From NCBI GenBank assembly GCA_031263785.1, contig JAISFC010000010.1, forward strand, positions 1 to 44,212: a stretch of 44,212 nucleotides of DNA, given 5' to 3'. This DNA comes from Clostridiales bacterium (GTDB lineage: Bacteria > Bacillota > Clostridia > Monoglobales > WRBX01). Under the pieces are notes generated by a model. That model made no database searches. It was not told the origin of the DNA and worked only from the letters and a program-made list of their open reading frames with translations. Shown here piece after piece: positions 30,001-38,957 of the stretch. Positions within the stretch are counted from its first letter, which is position 1. Each line of letters opens with the position of its first letter. Position numbers and translations under genes: made by a program.

Positions 30001-33000
30001 TGCCGCCATTTATCGTGATTTCTCCGCTCTCTTTCGTCGTGGCGCTCCCGATGCCCGCGCCTAAGGAGTTTGTCGATGCGTTTAAGCTACCGGGACCGTC
30101 TATAGTTATTTTTGTGCCCGCGTTCACTTCCAGCGCAGCGTGGTTCGTCACTCCATAAAGTATATTCGTCCCCATAATCACCAAGTTCACCGTCGTACCC
30201 GTGCCGTCAAGCAGAAATGCAGCGCTGTCCGCCAGCCCGTTCATGTTCATATGTACATTCACCAGCGCGACATTCGCGGTAACCCCGGTCGCCACCACGA
30301 TTCTGTATTTAGTTAAAGTCGCATTTTCATTCACAATCATATAATCGCTGTTGCTCGCGAGCGTTATAACGCCGCTCATCTCCGTCCAGCCGGGACCACC
30401 GGCAGATAGGTCGTTAAGCGACAAATCAATTGTCCCGGGACCAACCAAGGTTTTCATCTGCGTGGTCGCCCCGCGCAAATAGCTCCCCGAGTAGGTTATC
30501 CCCATCAGCTTAAACTTTATTTCCTCCTCCACCGTGCCGCTGTCGTTCGTCATCGGTAGGTAGAGGTACAATCTGGAGTTGCTGTCCGTGTATACGTCCC
30601 TAATTCCATACACCTTCAACGTCGCGTTTGCCGTCTGCTCGCACCCAATCGTGTCAATTACGCCGCTCGTCACCTTCGAGTCCGGGAAGGACGGGTTCAA
30701 AGTGAGCGTATTCCTGTAGACGTCCAGCCCCGCGCTATTTTTAGGCGCTATAACGCCGCCGTTCACCGCGCGCACGCTCCCGCCGTTTATCGTCAGCGAT
30801 GCCTCCGAGCCGTCCGTCGTGGAGCTCGCCCCCAAGCCTATATCGTTTTGCCCCGTCGCGGTTGCACGGGTTGTCCCGCCGTTTATCGTGATTGCAATAG
30901 CTTCGTCCGAGGACCCCCCTGTGCCGATTCCCGCGCCGCTCCCGCCGCCTTGCGCCGTTATCCTGCCGCCGTTTATCGTTATTTCAGTCGAGCCGCCCGT
31001 CACCGTTCCGCCCGAGCCAATCCCCGCGCCCGCTCCCTTGCCCAGCGCGTCTATCGTCCCTCCGTCTATCGTAATCGTGCCGCCGTTGCTCCCTTTGCCG
31101 CCGCCTATCCCCGCGCCGCTTCCGCCGCCCGACGATGCCGTTATAGTTCCGCCTGTTATATGTATCTCCCCTGCCTCGCAGCCGTCCGAGCTGCCTATCC
31201 CCGCGCTGTCCGCGCCGCCCTCCGCCGTTATATTTCCGCCGCTTATCGCTATTTTGCCCGCCTCGCCGCCGATGCCCGCCGCCTTTTGCCCGCCGCCCGT
31301 CGTCCAAGTGTACGCCCAAATAGTCGCTTCGCCGGTATCTTCCGATATAATAATCTCATCAACCGTCCCGCCGTCGCCCGCTCCGATTGCCGAGCCGCCA
31401 TTGCCGCACCAAGCATCAACATCGCCGCCGCTTATCGTTATCTTGCCCACCTCGCTGTCCGTTCCGCCGCCGATTGCCGCGCCACCGCCCGAGGACCCCA
31501 CGTCTATAGTGCCCGCTGATATAACAATTTCGTCAATCTTGCCGCCCTCGCCCGCGCCTATTCCCGCGCCTTTAGCTCCAACGCCATTGTTAGTTGTTCC
31601 AATGTTAATCGTCCCGCCGTCAATATTAATAGTCCCCACCGTGCCGCCGCCGATTCCCGAGCCGCCATCCACGGTCATAACCTTATCCTCGGAGTTTTTA
31701 ATGCTTATTTCGCCGATGGACGCGCCCTCGCTTGCGCCTATTCCCGCCGCTTTTGTGCCGCCCGTCGCCGTAAACGTTGTATTATCTTCTATTATAATGC
31801 TGCCTTCCGAGCCGTCAGTACCCTTGCCGACGCCAATCGCCGCGCCGCTACCTTCATTTAATACGTTCACATCGCTTCCGGTAATCTCAATCGTGCCGCC
31901 CCATCTCGTATCCACGCCCGTGCCGATAGTCGCCCCGGCGCCCTCGTTGCCCGCCACGATAGTCGAGTTCGTAATCGTGATATCCCCCGCCGAACCGCCG
32001 CCAATTGCGGAATTACCGCTCATTCCGGTCGATGTAATTTTAGAGTTATCTATCTTAATATCACTCGTCCCTTTGAACGACGCGCCTATTCCCGTCCCGT
32101 AGCCTAAGCCGGATTGACTTACTTCATTTGTCTGCACGACATATCCACCGCTATTTATCGTTATCACGCTGTGGTTGCCGTGCGTCTTCGTCCCGCCGCC
32201 GCCGCCAATTGCCGCCGCCTGCCCGGGGTTATCCTTCGTGTCCTCATCCGTACTGCCGCTTGCCCAAACCTGCACGATACTACCAACTATATTTATTTCG
32301 CCGCCGTTTACCGTTGTCGCCGCGTCCGTGGCATACCCGCCGCCGATTCCCGCGCCCCACTCACCTGCCGCTACCACGTTCATCTCAACAGATCCCGTAT
32401 TTCTTATATTTATTACTCCCGCGTTCGGGTTGCCGCCAAGCCGCTCATCGCCGCCGCCTATGCCCGCCGTATAACCAATAGCATTTAACGTCGCTCCACC
32501 CCAATACGGTCCGGAGTTCTCTATTATCAATTCCGCGCCCTCCGGCACGTAGATTCCCGTATTATCTTTCGATTGAATGGTGGTGGCGTAATGCGGATGT
32601 CCGCCTCCTGCTACTGAATACACTTGCAAAGTCACTTTTGCTCCCTCGCCTATTGATAGTGCCGGGAGACCGGTTTCCGTTATTATGCTATCGCCGTACA
32701 TATATATAACCGCTTCCACTTCCATAGCTACGGCAAAACTATGCGTCCAATTAGCGGTGGCTATTTGATAATTTCCGTTCTCCGTGATTGTAATTATACC
32801 GTTCTGAACTACCCACCCCGTGTCTCCTTCGCCCTCAACTTCGGAATCTATCGTTACCCATTCGTCGGCTGCCTTCGCCACATTTACATCATCCACATCA
32901 TTTATCTCCGGGTTGGGCATTAGAGCCAATATCATGGCGGACATCAACAAAACCGCCCATATTTTCCTCCATTTTGCACTCATCATTATCTTCCGCAACC

Positions 33001-33022
33001 CCTTCCACATGCTCCCCCGCAC
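27044..33022 (-). CDS. Giant secreted Gly-rich repeat (beta-solenoid-like) surface protein with cohesin/dockerin-like C-terminus
   Basis: Signal-peptide-like N-terminus, dozens of GAGIGGG...ITIxGGxI repeats, two YGIxDVYTD modules, and a C-terminal ITTADL...VDAADY dockerin-like duplication. Confidence 0.85.
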   Translation of the reverse strand: MRGSMWKGLRKIMMSAKWRKIWAVLLMSAMILALMPNPEINDVDDVNVAKAADEWVTIDSEVEGEGDTGWVVQNGIITITENGNYQIATANWTHSFAVAMEVEAVIYMYGDSIITETGLPALSIGEGAKVTLQVYSVAGGGHPHYATTIQSKDNTGIYVPEGAELIIENSGPYWGGATLNAIGYTAGIGGGDERLGGNPNAGVINIRNTGSVEMNVVAAGEWGAGIGGGYATDAATTVNGGEINIVGSIVQVWASGSTDEDTKDNPGQAAAIGGGGGTKTHGNHSVITINSGGYVVQTNEVSQSGLGYGTGIGASFKGTSDIKIDNSKITSTGMSGNSAIGGGSAGDITITNSTIVAGNEGAGATIGTGVDTRWGGTIEITGSDVNVLNEGSGAAIGVGKGTDGSEGSIIIEDNTTFTATGGTKAAGIGASEGASIGEISIKNSEDKVMTVDGGSGIGGGTVGTINIDGGTINIGTTNNGVGAKGAGIGAGEGGKIDEIVISAGTIDVGSSGGGAAIGGGTDSEVGKITISGGDVDAWCGNGGSAIGAGDGGTVDEIIISEDTGEATIWAYTWTTGGGQKAAGIGGEAGKIAISGGNITAEGGADSAGIGSSDGCEAGEIHITGGTITASSGGGSGAGIGGGKGSNGGTITIDGGTIDALGKGAGAGIGSGGTVTGGSTEITINGGRITAQGGGSGAGIGTGGSSDEAIAITINGGTTRATATGQNDIGLGASSTTDGSEASLTINGGSVRAVNGGVIAPKNSAGLDVYRNTLTLNPSFPDSKVTSGVIDTIGCEQTANATLKVYGIRDVYTDSNSRLYLYLPMTNDSGTVEEEIKFKLMGITYSGSYLRGATTQMKTLVGPGTIDLSLNDLSAGGPGWTEMSGVITLASNSDYMIVNENATLTKYRIVVATGVTANVALVNVHMNMNGLADSAAFLLDGTGTTVNLVIMGTNILYGVTNHAALEVNAGTKITIDGPGSLNASTNSLGAGIGSATTKESGEITINGGTIYARGGSTSAGIGGGYRGSNGVVTINGGKVEARAATEAAGIGGGQNPSNNGITGHGGKITINGGEILAICEGGTGSGIGAGRFGDSGIIKINGGKIEARGMNDASGYAGAGIGGSRRVDEITITGGIIKIPTFNYGTGIGNGYVGGTGISTTGTINISGGNITIDSGNNYGAGIGCGYLNMLDKINISGGKITVYGKGNSAGIGTGGSSGGTMSTINEINIAGGEITAYGNNSAAIGGGTGGTAGHFGIINIYDGIIKAYGTGGAGIGGGTASQQQGTINISGGDITATSVSGAGIGYGLSAGSNSRIYINISGGKVRATGGSNLCSGIGLGNSADGNGVQVNVIISGGDIVASGPTDGSAGAGIGVQNQGSIVTITGGSVTAIGMVSCAGIGGRTGMQFQTRAEIMIDGGTVRAIANGDTGAAIGGGSVYEGVGEVRINGGSVYVNNLKGPRPRNNSNQNVYYNIWQVGRPAVANAQVLSGKIGNVDMAQAPAGNVYGIKDVYTDSVGQVYFWLRETAAEELVKVTAGKSVYGKAYTRVAFDINSQVLQAGAISVLMSPDDTKKKVGMEGTIDVSFENPYGLDGFAMALPFLFDNDKIEITDLETIDFDIKGLGSVVVNGTSLSDLTPYDSSTEVVSVINAAGKFLLSWAVLEGQSLPSVPHTVENQTPYFRIHYKVRDDSEFNVPFHIKEYSNLNGIQQDPLFGMGGSKGVISSNYGDYGAYVLATGYIESVTNEYVNLGVPTVEVMIFDEITDFEVTLRGRAVLTGKQRAYFADLNYTPDLQRMDAGIRVELYEVETDGTIIGRVEDIVYTQPMNMTGVMANKSLAVYNWEMRIPKELAEAIALSDPDTGAPKYMLRFSRYGSNGGDVGTVRQESYLWAEMYIDGTKMNVGGLTEASVLSINDIAYLYAGAFYLNSVNKYAITTADLNTIKGQVGNDNIEGITTIYNINEYLGVDAADYTTVLRYLGKTRMQPLPLVVTMY

Positions 33023-33059
33023 GCATTTCTTTTTTCTTCTATGTCTATTTAATCACACT

Positions 33060-33128
33060 TGTAACAAAATTGCAACACTTTTTTTTATTTGTAACAAAAA
33101 TGTAATATTTCTGTAACATTTCTGTAAC
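33060..33128. promoter_or_regulatory. 11-bp-periodic TGTAAC direct repeats (OmpR/WalR-type operator)
   Basis: TGTAAC-N5-TGTAAT-N5-TGTAAC-N5-TGTAAC at 33090-33128 and TGTAAC-N5-TGCAAC at 33060-33076. Confidence 0.55.
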
Positions 33129-33244
33129 ATTTCTCCCGACACCCCCACCGCCATTTATCCCCTTTTCCCCCCATAACCACCGACTAAATTAACATTCCAC
33201 CATCCCCCCCCCAAAATAACACAAATCCCCACTTCCTCCCCAAC

Positions 33245-33279
33245 AAAAAAAAGACGCCGAAGCATATTCAGCGTCTTTT
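33245..33279 (-). terminator. Intrinsic terminator of PIN module B
   Basis: Minus strand reads AAAGACGCTGAA-tatgc-TTCGGCGTCTTT followed by a T-run. Confidence 0.75.
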
Positions 33280-33284
33280 ATAGA

Positions 33285-33449
33285 CTATATACCAACTTTT
33301 CCCCTTCTTCTTGCTGCCACATACTCACTTCTTCGCCTGCCGTCTTCTCTGGCAAGCTTCAAAAACTCCTCGTCCGACAGATGTTTTGTGGCTTCATAAC
33401 GTTCCGCTCTTTTTTTATGCAGATATTCAATCGGCAACGGATTATTCAT
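33285..33449 (-). CDS. 54-aa partner of PIN protein B (candidate antitoxin)
   Basis: Not in the ORF track. MNNPLPIEYLHKKRAERYEATKHLSDEEFLKLAREDGRRRSEYVAARRRGKVGI. The ATG overlaps the PIN stop and has a GGAG RBS. Confidence 0.75.
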   Translation of the reverse strand: MNNPLPIEYLHKKRAERYEATKHLSDEEFLKLAREDGRRRSEYVAARRRGKVGI

Positions 33450-33930
33450 TATCATCATCTCCTTCGATAAATATTGCCGGGGTTTGTATGTTTGGTTGAT
33501 ACACCCCTAACTTTCCGTTAATTTCCTGCACCATTTCAATAGTGCGTCTTTTAACGAAGTGTTTCATATTCCAACTTAATATATATTTGCAGTCGCTTAT
33601 GCTTGCAACCGCTATGTGTCGACAATCCGCTCTTGCCCTCGCCGGCAAAACTCCTGTTTCTAAATACTCATTTGCAAGCGACAAAGATTTTTCCGTTTCC
33701 TCAACCTCTGTGTATTCCAACATATTCAGAACATCGTATAACGCGTCTATTTCCTCTTGCGTTCCACAATCTTCAATTTCTTCGTAAACGACAGGGGAAA
33801 CAACTATTTCATATTCTCCCCGTTTTAATTGTTCCCAAAGCTTTCTGGTGATATCACGCTTTTCCGGCGTGTCGTCCGCGTAATAATGGCTAACCACAGA
33901 AGACTCAACATACACTCTTGGCTTAATCAC
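33442..33930 (-). CDS. PIN-domain protein B (VapC-like)
   Basis: VYVESSVVS, VSPVVYEE, DCRHIAVA and SWNMKH motifs. GTG start after AAAGGAG. Confidence 0.88.
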   Translation of the reverse strand: MIKPRVYVESSVVSHYYADDTPEKRDITRKLWEQLKRGEYEIVVSPVVYEEIEDCGTQEEIDALYDVLNMLEYTEVEETEKSLSLANEYLETGVLPARARADCRHIAVASISDCKYILSWNMKHFVKRRTIEMVQEINGKLGVYQPNIQTPAIFIEGDDDNE

Positions 33931-34079
33931 GAGCTTTCGCTCCTTTCTTCCTACTATTAGTATAGCATTTGCCGCGGTAAAAGTCAATATATTTTTACCA
34001 AATTTGTAAAGCGTCTATAATAACATGTGCGTTTCCATTTGTGCAACGCACCGTTGCACAAATTCCGCGCCATTCAAAT

Positions 34080-34112
34080 AAAAAAAGACGCTGAAACATA
34101 TTCAGCATCTTT
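34080..34112 (-). terminator. Intrinsic terminator of PIN module A
   Basis: Minus strand reads AAAGATGCTGAA-tatgt-TTCAGCGTCTTT followed by a T-run; paralogous to 33245-33279. Confidence 0.75.
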
Positions 34113-34116
34113 ATCG

Positions 34117-34281
34117 TCATGTTCGGGTAGCTCTCGCTACGTTCCCTCTCGCTTTCGCCTTTAAATACAGCGGATTTTCCACGGAACGCTTTAAAATTTC
34201 TTCGTTTGACAAATCCTTTGTTTCTTCGTAGATTTCAGTTCTAATTCTACGCAATTCCTTCATCGGCATTGGATTATTCAT
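34117..34281 (-). CDS. 54-aa partner of PIN protein A (candidate antitoxin)
   Basis: Not in the ORF track. MNNPMPMKELRRIRTEIYEETKDLSNEEILKRSVENPLYLKAKARGNVARATRT, paralogous to 33285-33449. Confidence 0.75.
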   Translation of the reverse strand: MNNPMPMKELRRIRTEIYEETKDLSNEEILKRSVENPLYLKAKARGNVARATRT

Positions 34282-34762
34282 CTTCCTCATCCCCTTCTCC
34301 TATATATACGGCAGGTGTCTGTATGTTAGGTTGAAATATTCCCAACCTTCCGTTTACTTCTTGCACCATTTCCATAGTTGCTCTCCTTACAAAATGTTTC
34401 ATATTCCAGCTTAATATATATTTGCAACCGTAAACACTTGCCACGGCTATATGTCTGCTGTCAACCTTTGCCCTCTGCGGCAGAACCCCCGTTGCCATAT
34501 ATTCGTCGGAAAGCGAAAGCGTTTCGTCGGTCTCTTCAATCAACGTGAAATTAAGCTCATTAAGCAGGTTATATAGCACATCTTTTTCTTCCTGCGTTTT
34601 GCATTTGTTTATTTCTTCAAAAACAACCGGCGAAAATGCTACTTCATGTTCTCCTTGTTTTAGTTGTTCCCAAAGCTTTCTAGTAATATCACGCCGCCAC
34701 GGTCTGTCGTCTGCGTAATAATGGCTAACAACCGAAGAGTCCAAATATACTTTTGGTTTCAT
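34274..34762 (-). CDS. PIN-domain protein A (VapC-like)
   Basis: VYLDSSVVS, DSRHIAVA and SWNMKH motifs. It shares a TTGACT-17-TATACT promoter sequence with module B. Confidence 0.88.
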   Translation of the reverse strand: MKPKVYLDSSVVSHYYADDRPWRRDITRKLWEQLKQGEHEVAFSPVVFEEINKCKTQEEKDVLYNLLNELNFTLIEETDETLSLSDEYMATGVLPQRAKVDSRHIAVASVYGCKYILSWNMKHFVRRATMEMVQEVNGRLGIFQPNIQTPAVYIGEGDEEDE

Positions 34763-34855
34763 AACCCGCTTCCGCTCCTTTCTTCTTACTATTAGTATAG
34801 CATTTTGCGCGGTAAAAGTCAATATATTTTTACCAAATTTGCAAAGCGTCCATTC

Positions 34856-36073
34856 TTATTGTTCCAAAAGCCAGTCGGCTATGTGCATCAATTTTATGCC
34901 CTCATGGTTGCCCCCTGCAAGCTCCCCCGTCGAAAGAACATATTTAGGGTAATTATCTTGTATTTTAAGCAAATTGCCATATTCTCTATCCTTTGTATCT
35001 TGCTTTTTAATTTCCTCCGCCACTTGAATATACAGCTTCTCCCCTTGCCTTTCCGCCACAAAATCAATCTCATTTTCATTATATTTGCCCACATACACAT
35101 CATATCCCCTGCGGCAAAGCTCCAAATAAACGATGTTTTCAAGTATGCCGGTCAAATCTGTATCATCGTAGCCCAGCACGGCGTGCTTGAAGCTTGCGTC
35201 CGATATATAAAACTTTTCGAGAGTCCTAAGTATCTCCTTGCCCTGAATATCATAACGGGAGCAGCGATAGAGAATAAAAGCGTCCTCCAGCTTCTTGAGA
35301 TAATCATAGATTGTTTCAATATTAACGGTTCTATTATCACTTTTAAAAAACTTCGCAATGCTATTAGCGGAAAAAGTATTACCAACATTATTAAAAGCAA
35401 ACTTGACTATTCGCTCTAGCAGGTCAACCTTTCTGATTTCACTGCGCTTGACAATATCCGTGAAAATCGTTGTATTGTAGATGTCTTTGACGAGTGTATA
35501 GGCTTCATTTCTATCCGTCGGCGTTTTCGCGACCGCCGGGAAACCGCCGAATTCGACATAATTCTTAAATTCATCCTTAACCGCCCCGAGCGTCGTATAG
35601 GTTTTCTTAAACTCCAAAAACTCCGCGAAAGAAAGCGGAAAAACCGGGATAGAAACATAACGCCCCGTTAAATACGTTGAAATTTCCCTCGAGAGCATAC
35701 GCGAATTTGAGCCGGTAACAAAAATTTCGCAATCATATTCGCTGCCATCAAAAAACGTATTGACAATGCGCTCCCAGCCGTCAACTTCCTGTATTTCATC
35801 AAGCAACAAATACAACTTCCCTTTAACCGCGAACTTTGCCTTTAATTCTTCAAAAATTCGCTTAGAAGGCACATCTTCATATTCAAAAGCGGCATAGTTA
35901 ATATAAACTATGTTTTCATCCTTAATCCTTCTGGATTTGAGTTCTTCAATAATCATTTGCATAATAGTCGATTTTCCGCTCCTGCGGACACCAACCAAAA
36001 CCTTGACAACGTCAAGCCCAATCAGCTTCTTAACTTTTTGGATGTAATCATTTCTTTTTATCAACTTAACCAC
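34856..36073 (-). CDS. AAA_14 ATPase with DUF4143
   Basis: GVRRSGKS, LDEIQ, TGSNS, GGFP, LENIVYLEL and EIDFVA motifs. Confidence 0.9.
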   Translation of the reverse strand: MVKLIKRNDYIQKVKKLIGLDVVKVLVGVRRSGKSTIMQMIIEELKSRRIKDENIVYINYAAFEYEDVPSKRIFEELKAKFAVKGKLYLLLDEIQEVDGWERIVNTFFDGSEYDCEIFVTGSNSRMLSREISTYLTGRYVSIPVFPLSFAEFLEFKKTYTTLGAVKDEFKNYVEFGGFPAVAKTPTDRNEAYTLVKDIYNTTIFTDIVKRSEIRKVDLLERIVKFAFNNVGNTFSANSIAKFFKSDNRTVNIETIYDYLKKLEDAFILYRCSRYDIQGKEILRTLEKFYISDASFKHAVLGYDDTDLTGILENIVYLELCRRGYDVYVGKYNENEIDFVAERQGEKLYIQVAEEIKKQDTKDREYGNLLKIQDNYPKYVLSTGELAGGNHEGIKLMHIADWLLEQ

Positions 36074-36244
36074 CTCTAACTATATTATAACCCAAATAAA
36101 AATTTTTGTCAAGAACTTTTTATGGTTATAACCCGAAAAACTTTCGCAAATTCCCTCGCCGCAACTTTTGATATTGACAAATCTAATTTAAAATAGTATA
36201 ATTGAAATTAGAATAATCCAAAATAGAAAGTGATGTGTTGCCGT

Positions 36245-37654
36245 ATGCAATTTTTCGGAAGAAACAGCGAATTAGAGCATTTAGAAAGTGAATTTAGCAA
36301 GGATAATAGCACGTTTGTCGCTATATATGGTCGTAGACGCGTGGGGAAAACCCGCTTAATTAAGGAGTTTATCAATGAAAAAAACGCCTTGTATTTTCTC
36401 GCGAGCAAGGAAAGCGAAGTGCTGAATTTACAGGATTTTTCAAGAGCTGTCGACGAATTTACGGGAACGAGCCACACGACGAAATCAAGGTATGACAATT
36501 GGCGCGACCCTTTTATTGATATTGTAAATTTTAAATCTAACGAAAAAAAGGTTATTGTTATAGACGAATTCCCCTATTTAATCAAAGAAAACTCTGCCAT
36601 ACCATCAATATTCCAATGGATTTGGGACGAAAAGTTGAGGGACGCTAATATTATGCTTATTTTGTGCGGTTCACACATGAGCATGATGATTGAGCACATT
36701 TTCAATTATTCCAGCCCTTTGTACGGACGCAGGACCTCGCAAATAAAGCTAAAGCCTATTTCTTTTTCAGAGTTTAACGCAAATTCGACAGGGAGTTTTG
36801 AAAATAAAATTGAAAGATATGCAATTACAGGGGGCGTCCCTCGTTATCTTGAGTTTTTCTACGACGCAAGCTCCATTCAAAAGCAGCTTGAAAGCAGCGT
36901 TTTTTCGACTAATAGCTTTTTATACGAAGAGCCTATGTTTTTGTTGAAAGATGAAGTTGAAACGCCTGTAACTTATTTATCCATACTAAAAACAATTAGC
37001 ATGGGCAGGCACAAACCCTCTGAAATCGCGACTGTTCTGGAGAAAAAAAGCAACGACCTATCGCCATATTTAAACACTTTAATTGACTTGGGTTTTATTG
37101 AAAAGCAGGTGCCGATAACCGAGAACAATCCCGAAAAATCAAGGAAAGGACTATATTTTATAAGTGATAATTTTATGCGTTTTTGGTTTAAGTATGTCGC
37201 CCCGAACAAAAGCCAATTAGAGATTGACAATAAGCAAACGGTTTGGGAAGCCATGGATAAGGATTTTATTTCTTCGTTTGTTGCCCGCAGTTACGAGGAT
37301 ATTTGCAAAGACATCTTCTTGAATTTGTGGAAAACAGGGAGCATAGATTACTCCCCTACTAAAATCGGTTCGTTCTGGCAAGGCGATATGCAAATTGACG
37401 TTGTTTGCCCTGATAATTCCCACAAAAAAGTATTTTTCGGCGAGTGCAAATATCACGAAAAGCCGATTGACGCCGATGTATATTTTGATTTGAAGAAGAA
37501 AGTTACGGAAAACAAGGAATTAACACAGAATTTTGCCGGTTATGAATTTATCTATGGCATTTTTTCTAAAAGCGGATTTACGCAAAGGCTTTTAGATGTC
37601 GCGAAAGATAATGAGGATTTATTGTTAATAAACGAGGATAAAATCATAGTCTAA
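36245..37654 (+). CDS. Archaeal-type ATPase with DUF234/nuclease-like C-terminus
   Basis: FFGRNSEL, YGRRRVGKT, IDEFPY, SPLYGRRT and GECKY motifs. Confidence 0.9.
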   Translation: MQFFGRNSELEHLESEFSKDNSTFVAIYGRRRVGKTRLIKEFINEKNALYFLASKESEVLNLQDFSRAVDEFTGTSHTTKSRYDNWRDPFIDIVNFKSNEKKVIVIDEFPYLIKENSAIPSIFQWIWDEKLRDANIMLILCGSHMSMMIEHIFNYSSPLYGRRTSQIKLKPISFSEFNANSTGSFENKIERYAITGGVPRYLEFFYDASSIQKQLESSVFSTNSFLYEEPMFLLKDEVETPVTYLSILKTISMGRHKPSEIATVLEKKSNDLSPYLNTLIDLGFIEKQVPITENNPEKSRKGLYFISDNFMRFWFKYVAPNKSQLEIDNKQTVWEAMDKDFISSFVARSYEDICKDIFLNLWKTGSIDYSPTKIGSFWQGDMQIDVVCPDNSHKKVFFGECKYHEKPIDADVYFDLKKKVTENKELTQNFAGYEFIYGIFSKSGFTQRLLDVAKDNEDLLLINEDKIIV

Positions 37655-37723
37655 TTTGAATTGAATAATCCCGATTATCATAAATGAGCTATTCGATATT
37701 TTTGAATAGTTCATTTTACCTTT

Positions 37724-37740
37724 TGTCGATTGTTGTCGAT
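37724..37740 (+). promoter_or_regulatory. Possible tandem Spo0A boxes upstream of spo0A
   Basis: TGTCGAT-tgt-TGTCGAT, each 1 mismatch from TGNCGAA, 3 bp apart. Confidence 0.35.
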
Positions 37741-38019
37741 TCCTGCGGTTGCGCGAATTGTCGACTATGCACTTATTTTGCGACCGATTGTTGGTCACTC
37801 GTTTTTCCCCTGTTCCATCACATTTTTGCTTTATTTCGCTTTTTATTTTAAATTTTTCTGGAATAAATTGGAAAAAAACTCTTGACTTTTTTTTACATTT
37901 GTAATAAAATATTCTCAAAGGGTTTCATGCTGAAAAAATTCCTCAACCGTCCATGCACCGCACCTCCCAATCGCGGCTCGCTTGAGGTAAATCATTTATT
38001 ATAGAAGGGATTGGTAAAC

Positions 38020-38808
38020 ATGCAACAAGAAACAATTTCCGTCATTGTCGCCGATGACAACGTCGAATACCGCACTTCCGTCGGCAATTTCCTCCAGCTG
38101 GAGAAGGGTATCGAGGTGCTTATGCTCGCCGAAAATGGTGAACAGGTGCTTTCGTTTATCCGCGAAAACCCCGTCGACCTCATTCTCCTGGACCTCGCTA
38201 TGCCCGTCCTCGACGGCGTCGGCGTGCTGAAAGCCATGCGCGAAATGCACTTCCAGCGCCGCCCTAAGGTTCTCGCCGTTTCCGCCATGCCAAGCGACTG
38301 CGTCACGCGTGAGGTTATCGACCTCGGCGCCTCCTTCCTCATGGTCAAGCCGATGACTTACAACGCTATAGCCGACCGAATCCGCACCATCACCCGCTCC
38401 AAAGATACGCCTATGGTCGCGCTTTCCGACGTGGCGCATGCCGTGCCGGACCTCGAGGTGAGCGTTACAAATATGATTCACGAGGTCGGGATTCCCGCCC
38501 ACATCAAGGGCTATCAGTACTTACGCACCGCTATTATGCGCGTTATTGAGGACAATTCCTTGATTGAGTCGGTCACGAAGCAGCTTTACCCCACCATCGC
38601 CCGCGCATATTCCACCACCCCCAGCCGCGTGGAGCGCGCGATTCGGCACGCGATTGAGGTGGCGTGGGACCGCGGAGACGTCGACGTGCTCAACCGATTC
38701 TTCGGGTACACCATCAATAACGAGAAGGGAAAGCCCACTAACAGCGAGTTTATTGCCATGATTTCCGATAAGCTGCGCCTTATTATCAAGTCGCGGCGCG
38801 AGGCGTAA
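38020..38808 (+). CDS. spo0A: Sporulation master regulator Spo0A
   Basis: Receiver domain (ADDN, LLDLAMP, KP) plus [31 protein letters not shown] and KPTNSEFIA. Confidence 0.98.
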   Translation: MQQETISVIVADDNVEYRTSVGNFLQLEKGIEVLMLAENGEQVLSFIRENPVDLILLDLAMPVLDGVGVLKAMREMHFQRRPKVLAVSAMPSDCVTREVIDLGASFLMVKPMTYNAIADRIRTITRSKDTPMVALSDVAHAVPDLEVSVTNMIHEVGIPAHIKGYQYLRTAIMRVIEDNSLIESVTKQLYPTIARAYSTTPSRVERAIRHAIEVAWDRGDVDVLNRFFGYTINNEKGKPTNSEFIAMISDKLRLIIKSRREA

Positions 38809-38866
38809 CTGCGCGGCGTTTAGGCTGATTCCGTCATGGACACCGAGAATCGAATCTGTAAAATTA

Positions 38867-38938
38867 AGCAGCTCCCTTGTTGAAATTTGGGGGTTGCATT
38901 TTTTTGCTTATGTGATATAATCGTAACTGTGAGTTGAA
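38867..38938 (+). repeat. Duplicated promoter region, copy 1
   Basis: AGCAGCtCCCTTGTTGAAATTTGGGGGTTGCATTTTTTT...TATAAT, similar to 41473-41545. Confidence 0.8.
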
Positions 38939-38957
38939 AAAGGAGGAAATAAATATT

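Noticed and set aside
30819-32102. 427-aa Pro-rich plus-strand ORF and similar ORFs opposite the giant gene
   Set aside because: They are antisense mirrors of the Gly-rich repeats.
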